A stretch of 64,000 nucleotides of DNA from IMG/VR virus record IMGVR_UViG_3300030101_001745, positions 1 through 64,000 of that record, one strand, 5' to 3'. Below are positions 25,903 through 39,600 of the stretch, in pieces (the stretch's first letter is position 1; every line of letters begins with the position of its first letter). The position numbers and the translations under genes are program-made. Source of the stretch: a virus. The notes below the pieces were generated by a model. That model ran no database searches. It was given only the letters and a program-made list of their open reading frames with translations, and was not told where the DNA came from.

Positions 25903-28900
25903 ATGGGTGGAGTAAGTAAGGGCAAGGCAATATTCCCACTCAACGTAGGTGTGAAGGATACTGACATCACAGATGACAACGATGCATTTGACTATGCTGG
26001 ACACGCCGCAAAGAAGAGTGAAGCATACCTAAACGTATCAGTAAATCCTACACTAGTGCAGAACAACCTACAATACGAGAACTCTCAAAACGGGTCATCT
26101 TTGAAGTCGTCTGCTAACTTCATGGAAATAAGAGACACCTCTCACGGTGGTTCAATTAGCAATGACTCTACAAGTAGGATTGGTAATAGGATATATCCTA
26201 GCAATGCTACTTTGACTGACCATGCTCTAAACAGAGATGAGACTCATTCATTCAAAGTGAAGGTGTATGATTCGCAACTCACTAATTCCGAGACAAATAG
26301 AAAGTTCGTTTATTCTACCAGTGACTATCCTGCTACAGAGGAAGTCGGATTAGACATAGAGAACTATGATTACTTTATCTTGTTAAATCCAGATACAGTA
26401 GTTATGGGTACAGATGCAATCAGACCACACTTTGCGAAGGTAACTAGAATAATCTCCTTTGATGAGTTTGGAGATGGATTAGAATTCTCTCCTGCATATC
26501 CTACAGAAATAGGAATCAATACGAAGTTTGAGATTTACAAAGGACCAGCAAAGACAGCGACTGACATTGTTGCTGTGAGTTATGGTCTGAGAGGTGATGC
26601 TCTAAGCAATACGAATAAACACGATAGAGTATCACATGCTAGTAGGCCGACTTGGTATTTCTACGATGATAGATTAGATGAGAAAGACCAACTAGATTAC
26701 ATGACGAAATACAATCTAACTCATCTACGTTATTGGAGTGCTTTCACTACTGTATCAATGAATGCAGTAACATCACATGCCCAGTACGCTATAGGTAGTG
26801 ACTCGATAAAGTTCACAGTAACAGATGTGGCAAACAGACAGAAACTCTTGCCGGGTATGTCAATCTTCGACAATAGCGGGGTTTACCTTGGAAACATCAA
26901 GACCTTAGATGACACTAACAATCTAAGATTAAAATTAGATTATGCGAGAGTGCTGATAAACCAGAACAACTCACAGTTCAATGTAAAGATTGGTAAGACT
27001 ATACAGAACGTAATATTCAGAACCGAAGGAAAGTTCAACAATACAATACACAGTCTAGGAAAGGACAGACTAGAGGCAACTCTAGTAGATGCGAATAAGA
27101 CATCTGATGACTCCACTTCTAGTGATTTCTACAAATGGGAAACTGCGTTTCCTAAGATGCACAGGCATACCGCAAACTTGGATTCTACTTCTACTCTCAA
27201 ATTAGATGGTGACCTAACTGGACCGGGCAAGTACCTAACTTTTGAGAAAGCCAACTACAAGAATAATCAAATTCCATTAATTACACATGCACTATTGAAT
27301 CAACCTAGGAATAAGATGAGTCAACTCGCTCAATTCAAAGTAATGGACAATAGCGGATTGCAACACCTCAAGATGAAGGAAGAAACCGATTTGATTCTAG
27401 AGAGGAACATATACAATGGTAGTATGCAATTTATGAAGTTCCACGGCAAGGCATCCCGACATTCATCAAACACATCCACAATCGTCTTGTCGGACATACA
27501 AAAGAACACAGACCTAAGAGCCGTATTGGGTGCTGGCCCGAATGCAAATACAATAGTGGAGATAGATGGATACTACTATGTCGTCAATGTAGTAAACGCT
27601 CAATCTAATGGAGAGCAATCATTCACAATCAAGAACAAGAAAACAATTGCGGCAAACACATGGACAGGTAGTTCTGTAGCAGAAAACTTCTCATCAAAGG
27701 AAATGAAAGTAGCACCATACACAGGCGTATTGAATACTACATTAGAACCAGATACAGAATTTGACCTAGATTCATCTAGATTATCAATGTCAGATGTTAC
27801 GATAGATGAGAATGAATCTAAGTTATACAACTCTAGATTGGTTATCGGTACGCATAACAGGCACGATAATAGAATACAATATGGAGATAAGGATAACAAG
27901 TATCTGAAGATACAGGATGATAGTCGGGTCTTCTACCAACGTTCTAATGAAAACAAGAGCAGGTTCTATTACTACAACAGTAGTTATTCAATTAGCGATG
28001 TTGCCTTTACTGGCGTAATAGAGGATATTACTAGTGCCTCGGAGAATGGTCTAACTACATACAATGTGGTTGGTAGAGATGAAACTTCCAAACTCCTATC
28101 ACAGACAGTAAGCAAGAACACTACATTCATGGAAGATGTTATCCATACTTCATTACCACCTATTCTAAACGCAACTGCGATTACTGGTATAAGCAGTCTA
28201 AGCGTGACAACAGGTAGTGCTTCTGTGACATTCTCTGGCACTCCTTCTACTACTCCTGCGAAGTACGGCCTCATACTTAACCAAGCAGGGGAGTTAATTG
28301 GGGAGGTAAAACAATACTCATCTGGAACCATAACCTTGTATGATGGAGCATTCTCCACACCAACTACGACATCATCATTGAAGTATTATCATCCATACAG
28401 TCCTACATGGGTGAACTATGTTACAGGCACTAAGGCACTAGGAAGTAATGAGCAACACAATACTGGTACTGCGTCTTTTACCTCGATAAGCGAGAAAGCA
28501 ATTGATTTCAACTCTGGGCTATCTCTAACATTAGATGGAAATAATTTCGTTTATACAGTAATAAGAGGCTCATCCAATACTGGTTCCTATCTAAAAGATG
28601 GAACATTAGGATATGACATATCATCACCAAAGGCAATTTCTACCAATGATGCTATCTTCGCATTCAATGCAGGTAATGAAAACGGAGTGACATTGGATAA
28701 GATAGATATCGCTTCAATAAGCAAGGAAACCTTTGATGTGGTGAAGGTAAACGAGAAGGATGAATCTGAAACCAGATTGTCTCTATCTCCTATATTCCCC
28801 ATACTACTAGGAAGGGTGGACATAAATTCCTCAGATACAAGAGGAAACTGCAATCTGTATCTAGTCAACAACAATGCAGATACAGGTGGATTCATCCATA

Positions 28901-31900
28901 GATTACAATCAACTGCAAGTGGTACTGGCTACTTCGGGCCAAAGGAAACCATGAGGTACTGGGATTTGCAGAGATTTGCCAGAGGAACGATATACAGGAA
29001 TCATGACAGTATCTATCGGTTTGGCTCTAAACCACAGATGGTAACTGGCTACGCCGTGGCATATGGTGTCAAGGCAGATGGCAGTCTCATGACTCCAACT
29101 GCAACAGGAGACAGCAAACCGCTATCTGGTAGCAACACAATCAAGGGATGGACATATGTTGCTAACTTCTTCGGTAATCAAGATGACTATCCAATAGTAG
29201 AGTCTTATCCAACAATACGAGAAGAAACCAGTGTCTCAATGTCTGGATACGTGCCAAGTGGTTTGGAAAGTGACATACAATATAACTCCTTTGAGCAGAT
29301 AGACCCAAGAGCAGAAACATATGAATTACTAGCAACGGGTGATATATTTCCATATTCCAAATTGCGACATAACAATCTGGGATACCATACGAAAGACTAC
29401 AATGAATTTGGAGTTCTATTGGAATCAGAACCAAATCTCACAGGAGAAACAACTCACCAACACTATGTTGGTAAGACGAAGCAGACTCTCCAAACAGAGA
29501 ACATGTTTGAGGAATCATCCATTCAGACATCAACACAAACCACCAATCAGATGAGAAGGTTTGGAGTTATGAAACTAGTAGAGGCTACATTCGACTGGCA
29601 TTTCAATCCGGTGGACTATGAATCCTTACCAGACAAAGCAGAGGACATACCAACTGTGAAAACTTTTGACTATGTTCAGTTCTGCACACCAGTAGCAGAA
29701 ACTTCTACCAATAGCATATCATGGGACAATGATGGTGTGTATACTACCTCAAATGTGGATGCATCAGATGGTAGGGTGTTCTACCAGAAAAGCAAGATAG
29801 GCGCATTTCCCGCTAGTGCATACGGAAACATAGCGTTTGCGTCAGGTATCAATGGCTTCGTTGCATTGAATCAAGACACTACAATGTCATCTGTTCGATG
29901 GATAATGAATTCGATTACTGATGTATTAGACGCAGGTAGCGCAAATGGCCTATTGAGATATGATGGTGGAACACATGCAAGCGGCCTTCTGAGTTACTTC
30001 GGTGTGCAACCCTTCCGGCTTTTCGGAACTACGGACTTTAATATTGACAACCTCACTTCGCATACTGGAAGCACACAACTTAAGTTTCAAAGAAGAAGCA
30101 ACGCGCACAATATTCGTTTTAGTCACGTTTGGCTATGTACACCAACAGTAGACAGTAGTAATTTCAAATGGGCTAAGTCACTAAAGAGTTCTACTGGTTT
30201 CAATACGAGGTTTACGGGACACGACATAATCCTACCAATTGTCTCAGAGGAACATGCTGGAACTTGGTCTGGTAGTCCGAATTATGATTTCATACGAGAA
30301 CCAGACAAGAAAGATAGGAGACTCTCCGCCCATACGCACTTCTCTACTGGAACACATAAGCACATCTCTAGAGTGGTTGCCGGGTTGTACCACAGAGAAC
30401 TTAGCGATACGGATAGTGACCTTCGATTTAGGTTCGGGGTAGGGCAGACCGCAAACAATAGTGCTTCCCTAGCACACATCTATGAAGGATGCATTGGTGT
30501 ATTCAGAGGCTTCAAGCAAGGCTCAACCGTCATGGCGGAGAACTTCGGTACTGGAGTCATAGACAATGATAACATCGTGATGAGTACGGTGTTGTCATTA
30601 ACTACGGATTCTGTGTATAACACTTTCATTACTGGAAACACCTCGGACTATGACCAAGTAAGTAGGAACCTAATGATACAGAGATATGCTAAGAATGTCG
30701 ATACTCTACATCTGGAATATGAGGATGACGACACTACCATGATGCTCAATGTAGGTGGCTATGATACAAACTATGGTGTTTCGTTTAACGACCATGGATA
30801 TGGTTTCATTGGAGACTCCTTCCAAGCATTTTCATGGACAGGAAAGAGTGGTAATGATACACTCACAGGAGTATCGGACTTGAACAACGACTATCCAGTT
30901 GGAACTGATGTTCATGAAACAGAGTACAGTCTTGCTATGGTAGGAACAAAGGGTGCTGATTGCATTCTTTCAGACAAGTTGTTCTTACGGGTAAGTGGAA
31001 CTAGAAGTAATTTCAAGTATTATTCTCCACACTTTAGTCATCAAGTAGCAACACCGTCTGGAACACCTACGCATTATGAAACTGCGGGTGGTGTGATATC
31101 AGCACAGATGCTAGTTAAACCAACATTCAACATAGTCAACAATAGTGGTGGAATCACAGTACCTACAAGTAGCGATAACAAGGTAATCACATTCGTACTT
31201 AACTCAGATACTGAACATGCTTGGCTTAGTTACATGCCAAACCTAACGGGATACTACCTAGTCTCTGAGGACTTTACTGGTGATATAGAAGGCAATCTAA
31301 ACATACGAACCTCACCTAATGCAGATATGCCTAAGAAGATACACAAGATAGTCAATCACAGAGTCTCTGTAGCACCTAGTACAACTGCTACAGAAACACA
31401 AGAAATAACTCTAGATTCTGATTTCTCTTCAAGCAATGGTGCAAGATACAGATTGATGCGACCTTCTGAAGTCACATTCGATGAGCATGAAAATGAGATA
31501 AGGTTCAATGTGCTTCTAAATGATGGAAAGGGAAGAGATTGGAGAACAGGCGGTAGTAGACAATCAAACGCTACATTTTCCGAAAGCGTAAATCACATGT
31601 ACCTTCTTCTTGATATCGACAACGCACATAGCACCATAGAGAGAAGAACGGGTACTGATGCCATCGCTCCGTTCTCGGATTTAGCAGATGGAGACATATT
31701 GGATATGAACATCACAGATGGTACGGAATCCGTTAGAAAGAATATCGTAGTCAGGAAGACCGTTGCAATAAATGATGGGGAGAATCAACAGACCAAGACA
31801 GGTTTGACATTGGAATTCGATGGTAGGTTATCTGCTAATGGAGTCGTATCGTTTGGAGAGGTGTTTGAAGTCACCCTAGGAAGAAAGCCAAAGTTGAAGG

Positions 31901-33288
31901 ACATCACGAAATGTAGCATAGGAACAACCTACGCAATCGCATCTCAACTTGAGAAGGAGGTAGAGAACATCGTGACTCTTGCTGGGTTAGAGTACAATCC
32001 AAGTCGAAGTTTCTCCAACCCTACAGGTAATATTGTTAGTTCAGGCACTACCATGCTATCTACAGGAGTCATCGTGAATGGCACACATGGTAGTGCGGCT
32101 TCCACCATTACAGTAGATGGTGTTGATGCAACGACTATCTTTGCAGAGGGAGATTCTGTCTTCGATGATTCTGGGACATTCTTAGGGTTTGTTAGTAGCA
32201 CTACGGCAACGGCAATTAATTTAACCGCAGGACATCCAGTTGGTATCAGCGACAATGAAAATCTCCAGAGAGAGGGAATCACATGTACCTCTGCTATCGA
32301 GGGAATATCAGTAGGAGATGTAGTGTATTCCTATGATGGACATTTGATTGGAGAAGTTGCCTTAGCGGGAGTTTCTGGTTCGACAATCGCACTTAGGAAA
32401 AGATACTTCTCACCTGCTCAGTATGACGAACTTGTTCTTGTGAACAAGAAGACCTTTGCAACTAACTTGAAGTTCGATAACACGAACATGTACAACGCGC
32501 TGAACTCCTTGGTAGTAAAGAGAGGACTGGATTACAATATCAAGAATGGTGAATTCATAACAAGAAACATAGAAGATACTGGAAGCCTACGAAGATACGC
32601 ACTATCATACAAGGAATCCAATAGGCTAATCTCCGTCAAAGGAAACACATCAATGTTTGACAAGGCAAACAAGATAGTCGTTGTAGGTGATAAGGTGCAA
32701 TACGAATTGGAAAAGCCGACCAAGAAGCAGACTAGAACTGTAAAGGTTGTTGACCCAACGATAAAGAGTAGGGTAGATGCTGAGACAAAGGCAGTTGAAC
32801 TGATGAATATATATGATGGGGATGCAAGGAAGATAGATATTGAATTGCAGAAAGAAGGTCTTGAATTACTTGAAGCGGGAGATATTCTAAGAATGAACTT
32901 CCCTAACCATAACATTCCTGTTAACGATTACATAGTATTTGAAATTGAGAATGTTCTATCTGGAACATTGAAACTCAAGGTAGGAACGTTTGACAAGACG
33001 ATAGCAGAACGACTTAGCGAACTCTCAATGCAACAAGCAGATGACAGTACCACTTTACTAGGCAGAAATGCAGTAGTGGAATCATCTGGTAAATTCCTAT
33101 TCGATGCAATCAAATTAAAGAACATCAGTTTCTCCTACAACATAACCGGACCATCTAACGCGCTGTCTAGAAACTCAAACATGGGCTTCGATGACATAGT
33201 TGGATTTACGGAGGAAGTAGGGTTTGAACACAGCATTGTCACAAAGAAGTCATATAAGGATAGATTCTATGAGCAGGAGGATTACTAA
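25903..33288 (+). CDS. Large tail tip / baseplate hub protein (2461 aa)
   Basis: C-terminal NKIVVVGD..VVDPTIKS..AETKA..LLEAGDILRMNFP resembles tail-tip hub proteins; position in the tail operon. Confidence 0.7.
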   Translation: MGGVSKGKAIFPLNVGVKDTDITDDNDAFDYAGHAAKKSEAYLNVSVNPTLVQNNLQYENSQNGSSLKSSANFMEIRDTSHGGSISNDSTSRIGNRIYPSNATLTDHALNRDETHSFKVKVYDSQLTNSETNRKFVYSTSDYPATEEVGLDIENYDYFILLNPDTVVMGTDAIRPHFAKVTRIISFDEFGDGLEFSPAYPTEIGINTKFEIYKGPAKTATDIVAVSYGLRGDALSNTNKHDRVSHASRPTWYFYDDRLDEKDQLDYMTKYNLTHLRYWSAFTTVSMNAVTSHAQYAIGSDSIKFTVTDVANRQKLLPGMSIFDNSGVYLGNIKTLDDTNNLRLKLDYARVLINQNNSQFNVKIGKTIQNVIFRTEGKFNNTIHSLGKDRLEATLVDANKTSDDSTSSDFYKWETAFPKMHRHTANLDSTSTLKLDGDLTGPGKYLTFEKANYKNNQIPLITHALLNQPRNKMSQLAQFKVMDNSGLQHLKMKEETDLILERNIYNGSMQFMKFHGKASRHSSNTSTIVLSDIQKNTDLRAVLGAGPNANTIVEIDGYYYVVNVVNAQSNGEQSFTIKNKKTIAANTWTGSSVAENFSSKEMKVAPYTGVLNTTLEPDTEFDLDSSRLSMSDVTIDENESKLYNSRLVIGTHNRHDNRIQYGDKDNKYLKIQDDSRVFYQRSNENKSRFYYYNSSYSISDVAFTGVIEDITSASENGLTTYNVVGRDETSKLLSQTVSKNTTFMEDVIHTSLPPILNATAITGISSLSVTTGSASVTFSGTPSTTPAKYGLILNQAGELIGEVKQYSSGTITLYDGAFSTPTTTSSLKYYHPYSPTWVNYVTGTKALGSNEQHNTGTASFTSISEKAIDFNSGLSLTLDGNNFVYTVIRGSSNTGSYLKDGTLGYDISSPKAISTNDAIFAFNAGNENGVTLDKIDIASISKETFDVVKVNEKDESETRLSLSPIFPILLGRVDINSSDTRGNCNLYLVNNNADTGGFIHRLQSTASGTGYFGPKETMRYWDLQRFARGTIYRNHDSIYRFGSKPQMVTGYAVAYGVKADGSLMTPTATGDSKPLSGSNTIKGWTYVANFFGNQDDYPIVESYPTIREETSVSMSGYVPSGLESDIQYNSFEQIDPRAETYELLATGDIFPYSKLRHNNLGYHTKDYNEFGVLLESEPNLTGETTHQHYVGKTKQTLQTENMFEESSIQTSTQTTNQMRRFGVMKLVEATFDWHFNPVDYESLPDKAEDIPTVKTFDYVQFCTPVAETSTNSISWDNDGVYTTSNVDASDGRVFYQKSKIGAFPASAYGNIAFASGINGFVALNQDTTMSSVRWIMNSITDVLDAGSANGLLRYDGGTHASGLLSYFGVQPFRLFGTTDFNIDNLTSHTGSTQLKFQRRSNAHNIRFSHVWLCTPTVDSSNFKWAKSLKSSTGFNTRFTGHDIILPIVSEEHAGTWSGSPNYDFIREPDKKDRRLSAHTHFSTGTHKHISRVVAGLYHRELSDTDSDLRFRFGVGQTANNSASLAHIYEGCIGVFRGFKQGSTVMAENFGTGVIDNDNIVMSTVLSLTTDSVYNTFITGNTSDYDQVSRNLMIQRYAKNVDTLHLEYEDDDTTMMLNVGGYDTNYGVSFNDHGYGFIGDSFQAFSWTGKSGNDTLTGVSDLNNDYPVGTDVHETEYSLAMVGTKGADCILSDKLFLRVSGTRSNFKYYSPHFSHQVATPSGTPTHYETAGGVISAQMLVKPTFNIVNNSGGITVPTSSDNKVITFVLNSDTEHAWLSYMPNLTGYYLVSEDFTGDIEGNLNIRTSPNADMPKKIHKIVNHRVSVAPSTTATETQEITLDSDFSSSNGARYRLMRPSEVTFDEHENEIRFNVLLNDGKGRDWRTGGSRQSNATFSESVNHMYLLLDIDNAHSTIERRTGTDAIAPFSDLADGDILDMNITDGTESVRKNIVVRKTVAINDGENQQTKTGLTLEFDGRLSANGVVSFGEVFEVTLGRKPKLKDITKCSIGTTYAIASQLEKEVENIVTLAGLEYNPSRSFSNPTGNIVSSGTTMLSTGVIVNGTHGSAASTITVDGVDATTIFAEGDSVFDDSGTFLGFVSSTTATAINLTAGHPVGISDNENLQREGITCTSAIEGISVGDVVYSYDGHLIGEVALAGVSGSTIALRKRYFSPAQYDELVLVNKKTFATNLKFDNTNMYNALNSLVVKRGLDYNIKNGEFITRNIEDTGSLRRYALSYKESNRLISVKGNTSMFDKANKIVVVGDKVQYELEKPTKKQTRTVKVVDPTIKSRVDAETKAVELMNIYDGDARKIDIELQKEGLELLEAGDILRMNFPNHNIPVNDYIVFEIENVLSGTLKLKVGTFDKTIAERLSELSMQQADDSTTLLGRNAVVESSGKFLFDAIKLKNISFSYNITGPSNALSRNSNMGFDDIVGFTEEVGFEHSIVTKKSYKDRFYEQEDY

Positions 33289-33620
33289 TGATAGTAGATG
33301 AAGGAAAAGAAGTATTGGCGACATATATCGCAAGCAATTTTACAACGGTAAAGATAGGTAATGGTGGAGATGATACTGCTGGTTCTCAGACAGATTTAGA
33401 TTCGTTTGTAGCCACTAAGTCTGCTACACCATCAAGGATAGGAACACAACTAGTTTGGACTGCATCTTTTACAGGTACAGACATTGGTACTCAAGGTGTT
33501 TCAGAATTAGGAATTTTCGATGGTAACGATAAACTCTTGAGCCGAGTCACCTTCACGAATACTGGAGTAGTGCCTACTACAGACACGGTGACGTTCACAA
33601 TTAGACTGGAGGTAGATTGA
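33288..33620 (+). CDS. Tail-fibre attachment / collar-like protein
   Basis: IVDEGKEVLA..IGNGG..ELGIFD..LLSRVTF pattern; precedes the fibre gene. Confidence 0.6.
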   Translation: MIVDEGKEVLATYIASNFTTVKIGNGGDDTAGSQTDLDSFVATKSATPSRIGTQLVWTASFTGTDIGTQGVSELGIFDGNDKLLSRVTFTNTGVVPTTDTVTFTIRLEVD

Positions 33621-36600
33621 TGGTAAATAGTAATCCGGGCTTTCTAAGTACATTGTCTGCTACACCTAACACTCGCATAGTGGATGGTTCGGACAATATT
33701 CATAGTGGTATAATCAATAGCCTGAACGTTGCTACTGGTGGAAATGTTGCTCTTAGTGGGTTCAATATAACACAAGAAGATGGTGGGACATACACGCAGT
33801 ATGATGTGGCTTCTGGTAAGATACTAAGGAACGGGTTGTTAGTCTCAGTTTCTGCTAGGAACGACATTGCACCCGGAGTTGGTGAACGTGCAGGAAATGA
33901 CTGGTATGCTACTGTTGTAGTGGATTCATCTAACGTTATACAGATTAGAACAGGTGCAAGTTCAATCTCAACTGCATCTGTCTCTTCTTTGACTGCGGGT
34001 GATATTCCAGTTGCTATCATCAAGTATCCGGCAGGTTCAGACCACGATGCAGTAAACAGATTGGTTCAGTTCCTAGGATACGACCAAACCACAAAGGGAT
34101 TGAGCGCGATAAACAGTGGTTCAGAGACACTCAGAATCAATGCAGATGGAACCTTGACAAAGGGAGGTTCTGGGACAATAACGCTACCTGCAAGTGGTAC
34201 ATTAGCAACTGTTGACCAGATAGCATACACTTCGGCAATCTCCCAAGGCAATGCCGGATTAGTCCCAAGTGGTGGTGTGGCAACTGCTAACATAGCAGAT
34301 GATGCAGTTACATACGCAAAGATGCAGAATGTGTCTACCACGAATAGAATACTAGGAAGGGATAGTTCTGGAGCAGGAGTAGTAGAGGAAATCTCTCCCG
34401 CTAATTTGAGAACAATGCTTGGCATTGAAGCAGGTGCTACTGCTGACCAGACCGATAGTGAAATTGAAACAGCATACAACACACAAGTAAGTCAAGTATC
34501 ATCCTCTGAGAGAAATGCAGGTACGTCAACTTCCGTTAGAAGATTTTCTCCTGCTGACATAAAAAGCATGATTGATACTCATGAGACTGATACCAATACG
34601 GATACAGATGTTAGCGTAGCGAATCTAAAGGCTAGGTTAAACTCAGACATGGGTGGTGATTTCAACATAGGGACACAATCCAATGATACTGCTGTATTTG
34701 CAGGACATATGACTGTAGGAGGAAATCTCACAGTAAATGGTACAACTACTACGATAAACACAGAAACACTTGCGTTGCAAGACAATATGGTTCTTCTCAA
34801 TAGCAATTCTGCAAGTACCCCAAGCGAGAACGCGGGGCTAGAAGTAGAACGTGGAAACTCGACTAACGTTAAGTTGCGTTGGAACGAATCTAGTGATAGG
34901 TGGGAATTCAGCAATGACGGAAGTGCATATCATAACATCCCTGTATCTTCCGAGATTCCTAGTGCGTATATACACCCAACTTCTGATGTGGCAAATATAA
35001 CGACATCTGGAACCGAGGTAGTTGAAAACATATCAACAAATGCACAAGGTCACGTTACTGCACTATCAAAGAGAAATCTATCTCTCTCTGACTTAGGTTA
35101 CACAGGTGCAACTGATGCCAATAAGTATGTGCATCCTAACCATACTGGCGATGTTACTTCTAATGCAGATGGTACTACTACTATTGCCAATGATGCAGTA
35201 GTGACTGCAAAGATAGCAGATAGCAATGTTACAGAGGCAAAGATAGCAAATGGAGCAATCACGAACGGTAAGGTTGCTAGTGATGCGGCCATCGCTCAAA
35301 GCAAGATTAGTGGATTGACATCTGCTCTTAGTGGTAAAGAACCTAGCCTCACTATTGAGAATGGACTAACTAGAACAGGTTCGACCTTGAAGATTAACAT
35401 CAACGATGCTAGTGGTGGTTTAACCGAAGAAAACGGCATGGATAGAACTGCTGACTTCTTAATGTACGATGATGGTTCTGTCACTTCTGGAAATCCACTA
35501 AGAAGAATTAATCTTGCGAACGTCTTTGATAAGTTAGTAGCGGGTGACATACCCGACATTAGTTCTGCATACAGAGCAGTAGGAACAAAAATAGTTGATG
35601 CGGATATAGCATCCTCTGCTGACATACAAGTTGACAAGTTATCAGAAAGCAGTTCCACCAACAATAAGTTATTTACCGCCACTCTAAAGTCAAAGTTAGA
35701 TGGTATTGCTACGGGGGCGACTGTCGGTGCTGATTGGTCGAGCAATGTCAGCAACATATCTGTGGCAAATTCTCAACTGGCTGGAAGCATTGCAAACAAC
35801 AAACTCGCAAATTCAGCAATAACCATAAACAGTAATTCTCTGAACCTAGGTGGTTCTCTCACTCTAGATACTGGTGACATAGCGGAAGGAAGCAACAAAT
35901 ATTACACAGACGAGAGAGTTGATGATAGAGTCAATGCACTAATTACGGATGGAGAAGGAATCACAACCACATACAACGATGGTTCTGGTACTCTAACAAT
36001 TGATGCAGAGGTTGCTACAACAAGCAATAGGGGAGTTGCATCTTTCGACTCAAATAACTTCGATGTACCGTCTGGCGCAGTTGCTATCAAGGCTAGTGGA
36101 ATAACTAACACGCATCTAGCAGGTGGAATTGCACAGAGCAAGATTACCAACCTAGTAAGTAATCTAGCGTCTAAGATAGAAGACTTGAGTGACTTAAGCA
36201 TAACTGCTACTGCAACGGAGATAAATATTCTAGATGGAGTCACAGGTGTTAGCGCAACAGAAATTGGCTATCTAGATGGAGTGACATCTTCGATACAAAC
36301 ACAACTGAACACTAAACTATCTTCTGTTGCATTAGCAGACCTGACCGATATAACTGGTCTGGAAAACGATATTACATCTGTGAGTAATTCGCATGACACC
36401 ATTCCATCTGCGAAGGCAACCAAAGCGTATGTAGATGCTCAAGTGGTCGCGCCTTCTGCGTATAACCTACTAGCAGGTCTTTCTGCCACCAACAAGGCAA
36501 AAATCATACTTAGAGATGCTAGTAGCCAAGATGATGAAGTAATCCTAGAAGCAGGAGAGGGAATAGGAATTACACAAACTGGTCAAACCATAAACATCGC

Positions 36601-39600
36601 CAACTCTGAAAGAGGGGATGATGTACTATCCGCATCCTTTAATCAAGGTCTTCTTACTCTAACACAAAGGGACTCTTCGACAATCACGGCCACATTGTCC
36701 GATGCCACAACTGATGCTCATGGATTGATGACTGACGACCAGTTTGATAAACTGGCAGGAATCGAGGCATCAGCAGATGTCACTGATAAAGAAAATGTGG
36801 TCGCATCTCTCGCGCTTCTTGATGAGAGCGATACTCTCCATATTGGTGATGCTGACAATGACACTACTGTTCGCGTCCGTGGTAATCTCTTCGTAGATGG
36901 CACTACCACTACGGTAAACCAAACAGAAGTAAACGTGCAGAACGCATTTGTATTTGAGGGTACGACTGCTGATGCACATGAAACGACCTTATCCATAGTT
37001 GACCCAACAGCAGATAGAACAATCTCATTGCCAGATGTGACTGGTACGATAATCACCACAGGAGATACAGGAACTATAGCAACTGGTATGATTGCCGCTT
37101 CCGCAGTAACTACTGGTAAGATAAACAGCAATGCGATAAGCACAGGTAAACTTGCGGGTGGTGCAGTAACAACTGCTAAAATTGCAGATGACGCTGTAAC
37201 AGGTGCGAAGATTAATTTCATTGATGATTCGATTGCAGTTACTAACACACACATCATGGTAGCAGATGGTACTGATTACAATAACGTAGCAGTCTCAGGT
37301 GATGCTACACTTGCTAATGATGGTACTCTAACGATTGCTAATCTAGCAGTAGAAACAGGAATGTTAGCGAACCTAGGAGTAACAACTGCTAAGATTGCCG
37401 CAGATGCGGTAACTAGTGCTAAGATTGCAGATGATGCAATAGATTCCGAACACATTGCAGATGGAGCAATAGATACTGCACACATAGGAAACAATCAAGT
37501 TACTGTTGGTAAGATAAGTGGATTAAGTGATTTAGGTAGCGGCACTGTAATCAGTTCTGCTGAGAGAACCAAACTGTCTGGTATCGAGGCTTCTGCTGAT
37601 GTTACGGATGCTACGAATGTAGCGGCGGCAGGAGCATTGATGGATGGTGACTTCACTTCTAATGGTTTCTTGAAGAGAACTGGTGCAGGTAGTTATTCAG
37701 TAGACACCAACACATACATCACCTCACTGGCAACTACAGGTCTAACTGATATTTCTCAACTAGAAACCAACTTGGCAAGTATTACTGATGACCATGCTGG
37801 ACTTGTTACTGCTAAGGCAGTCAAGGCGTATGTGGATAGCATTCCCGGTGGCGTGGGTGGAATGTCATTCATATTGGAAGATGGAGATGGCACGGAACTC
37901 ACGGTTGCTAATGACAAGGAAATCAAGTTTGTACCATCCAGTCTTCTAACGATAAACTGGACTGATGTTGATAATGGAACGGATGCTGACCCATACGACC
38001 TGACATTTACGGTAGATAATGACCTTGCGAACTATGATAACTCAAACAGTTCATTCTCAACTACAACTGCATTGACTAATGCAACTGCGGCTACTGCCAT
38101 AACTGGAAAGGTTCTCACAAATCTAGGAACTGGAACTGGTGGAGCGATAGCGGCAACTGATACTATTCTAGCGGCCATGCAGAAACTAGAAACTAGAACT
38201 GCATTGAATGATGCTAAGGTAACTAACACCGATGTAAATGTAAACGAAGCCAACTTAAGAACAAGGCTTGCAGATATCAGTAGCAATGTTACGATTGGTG
38301 ATGCAACTGATGTAACTGTGACAACATCGGGAGCATTAGTAGTAACTGGTAACTTAACTGTTAATGGTACTACAACTACTGTTAATACCAACACTGTGAA
38401 CATAGGCGACAACATAATTGTTCTCAATTCTGATGAGACTGGTACTCCTTCACAGAATGCTGGAATAGAAGTGGAAAGGGGAACTGCTTCTAACAAAACC
38501 CTGACATGGGATGAAACTAATGATAAATGGACTGTTGGTTCTGAAACATTCGTAGCGGGAGCATTCACAGGAGATTTGACTGGGGATGTTACTGGAGATG
38601 TTACAGGAAATGCAGATACTGCTACTACTCTCGCTACGGCTAGAAGCATAGCAGGACAGTCATTCAATGGTTCTGCTGACATCACAATAGCAACTACTGA
38701 CCTATCTGATATTTCCGCATTAGATACTGACCTATCATCAGTAAGTGCTAACGATGATTCTCTTGCTACGGCTAAAGCCATCAAGACCTATGTAGATGCT
38801 CAAGTAGATACAGTAGATACGATTGCTGAATTGGCTGATGTTAATCAGAACAACCCTACTGCTGGACAGGTATTCATTAGAGATACTTCCTCGACACCAG
38901 CAAAATGGAAGAACGCACATCTAACAGCAGGAACGAATGTTTCAATCACCAATGGTGATGGCTCGATTACAATAGCATCTACTGACACAACGTTCACCGC
39001 CGCATCTAACAATGGGCTTGTTCTAAGTGGTACTGCTTTCAGCATTGACGACCCTGTGAACACCAACATTACTCTGATGAGTTCTGGTTCAGATGGAAGC
39101 GCATCAAATCCTGCACAGAGAAATGCAAATACTGCTGACCAATTACTAATCTGGGATGATAGCGCAGGTGAATGGGCTTACATAAATCTAGCACATCTGG
39201 CAGATTTTGCTGTAGATAATGGTGGAGCAGGTGGAATCAAGGCATTCAAGACAATCTCAGTTAGTGGTCAAGATGACATTGTTGCAGATGCTTCTGCTGA
39301 TACTCTAACACTAACTGCGGGTTCAGGAATTACAATAGCCAATACTGCATCATCGGATACCATTGCTTTCTCAGTTGCAAGTGGGGATATCAGCAACGCA
39401 ATGCTTGCGAATGACTCAGTAAGTTTCGGTGGTGTAAGTCTAGACTTAGGACAATCGGATGCAACCCCTGCGTTTGACTTGACAGATGCAACTAACTATC
39501 CAACTTCCTCATTGACTGGTACGATTACAAACGCACAACTTGCAGGTTCTATTGCTAATGCGAAACTAGCAAACTCTAGCATTACTGTAAGCGATGGTTC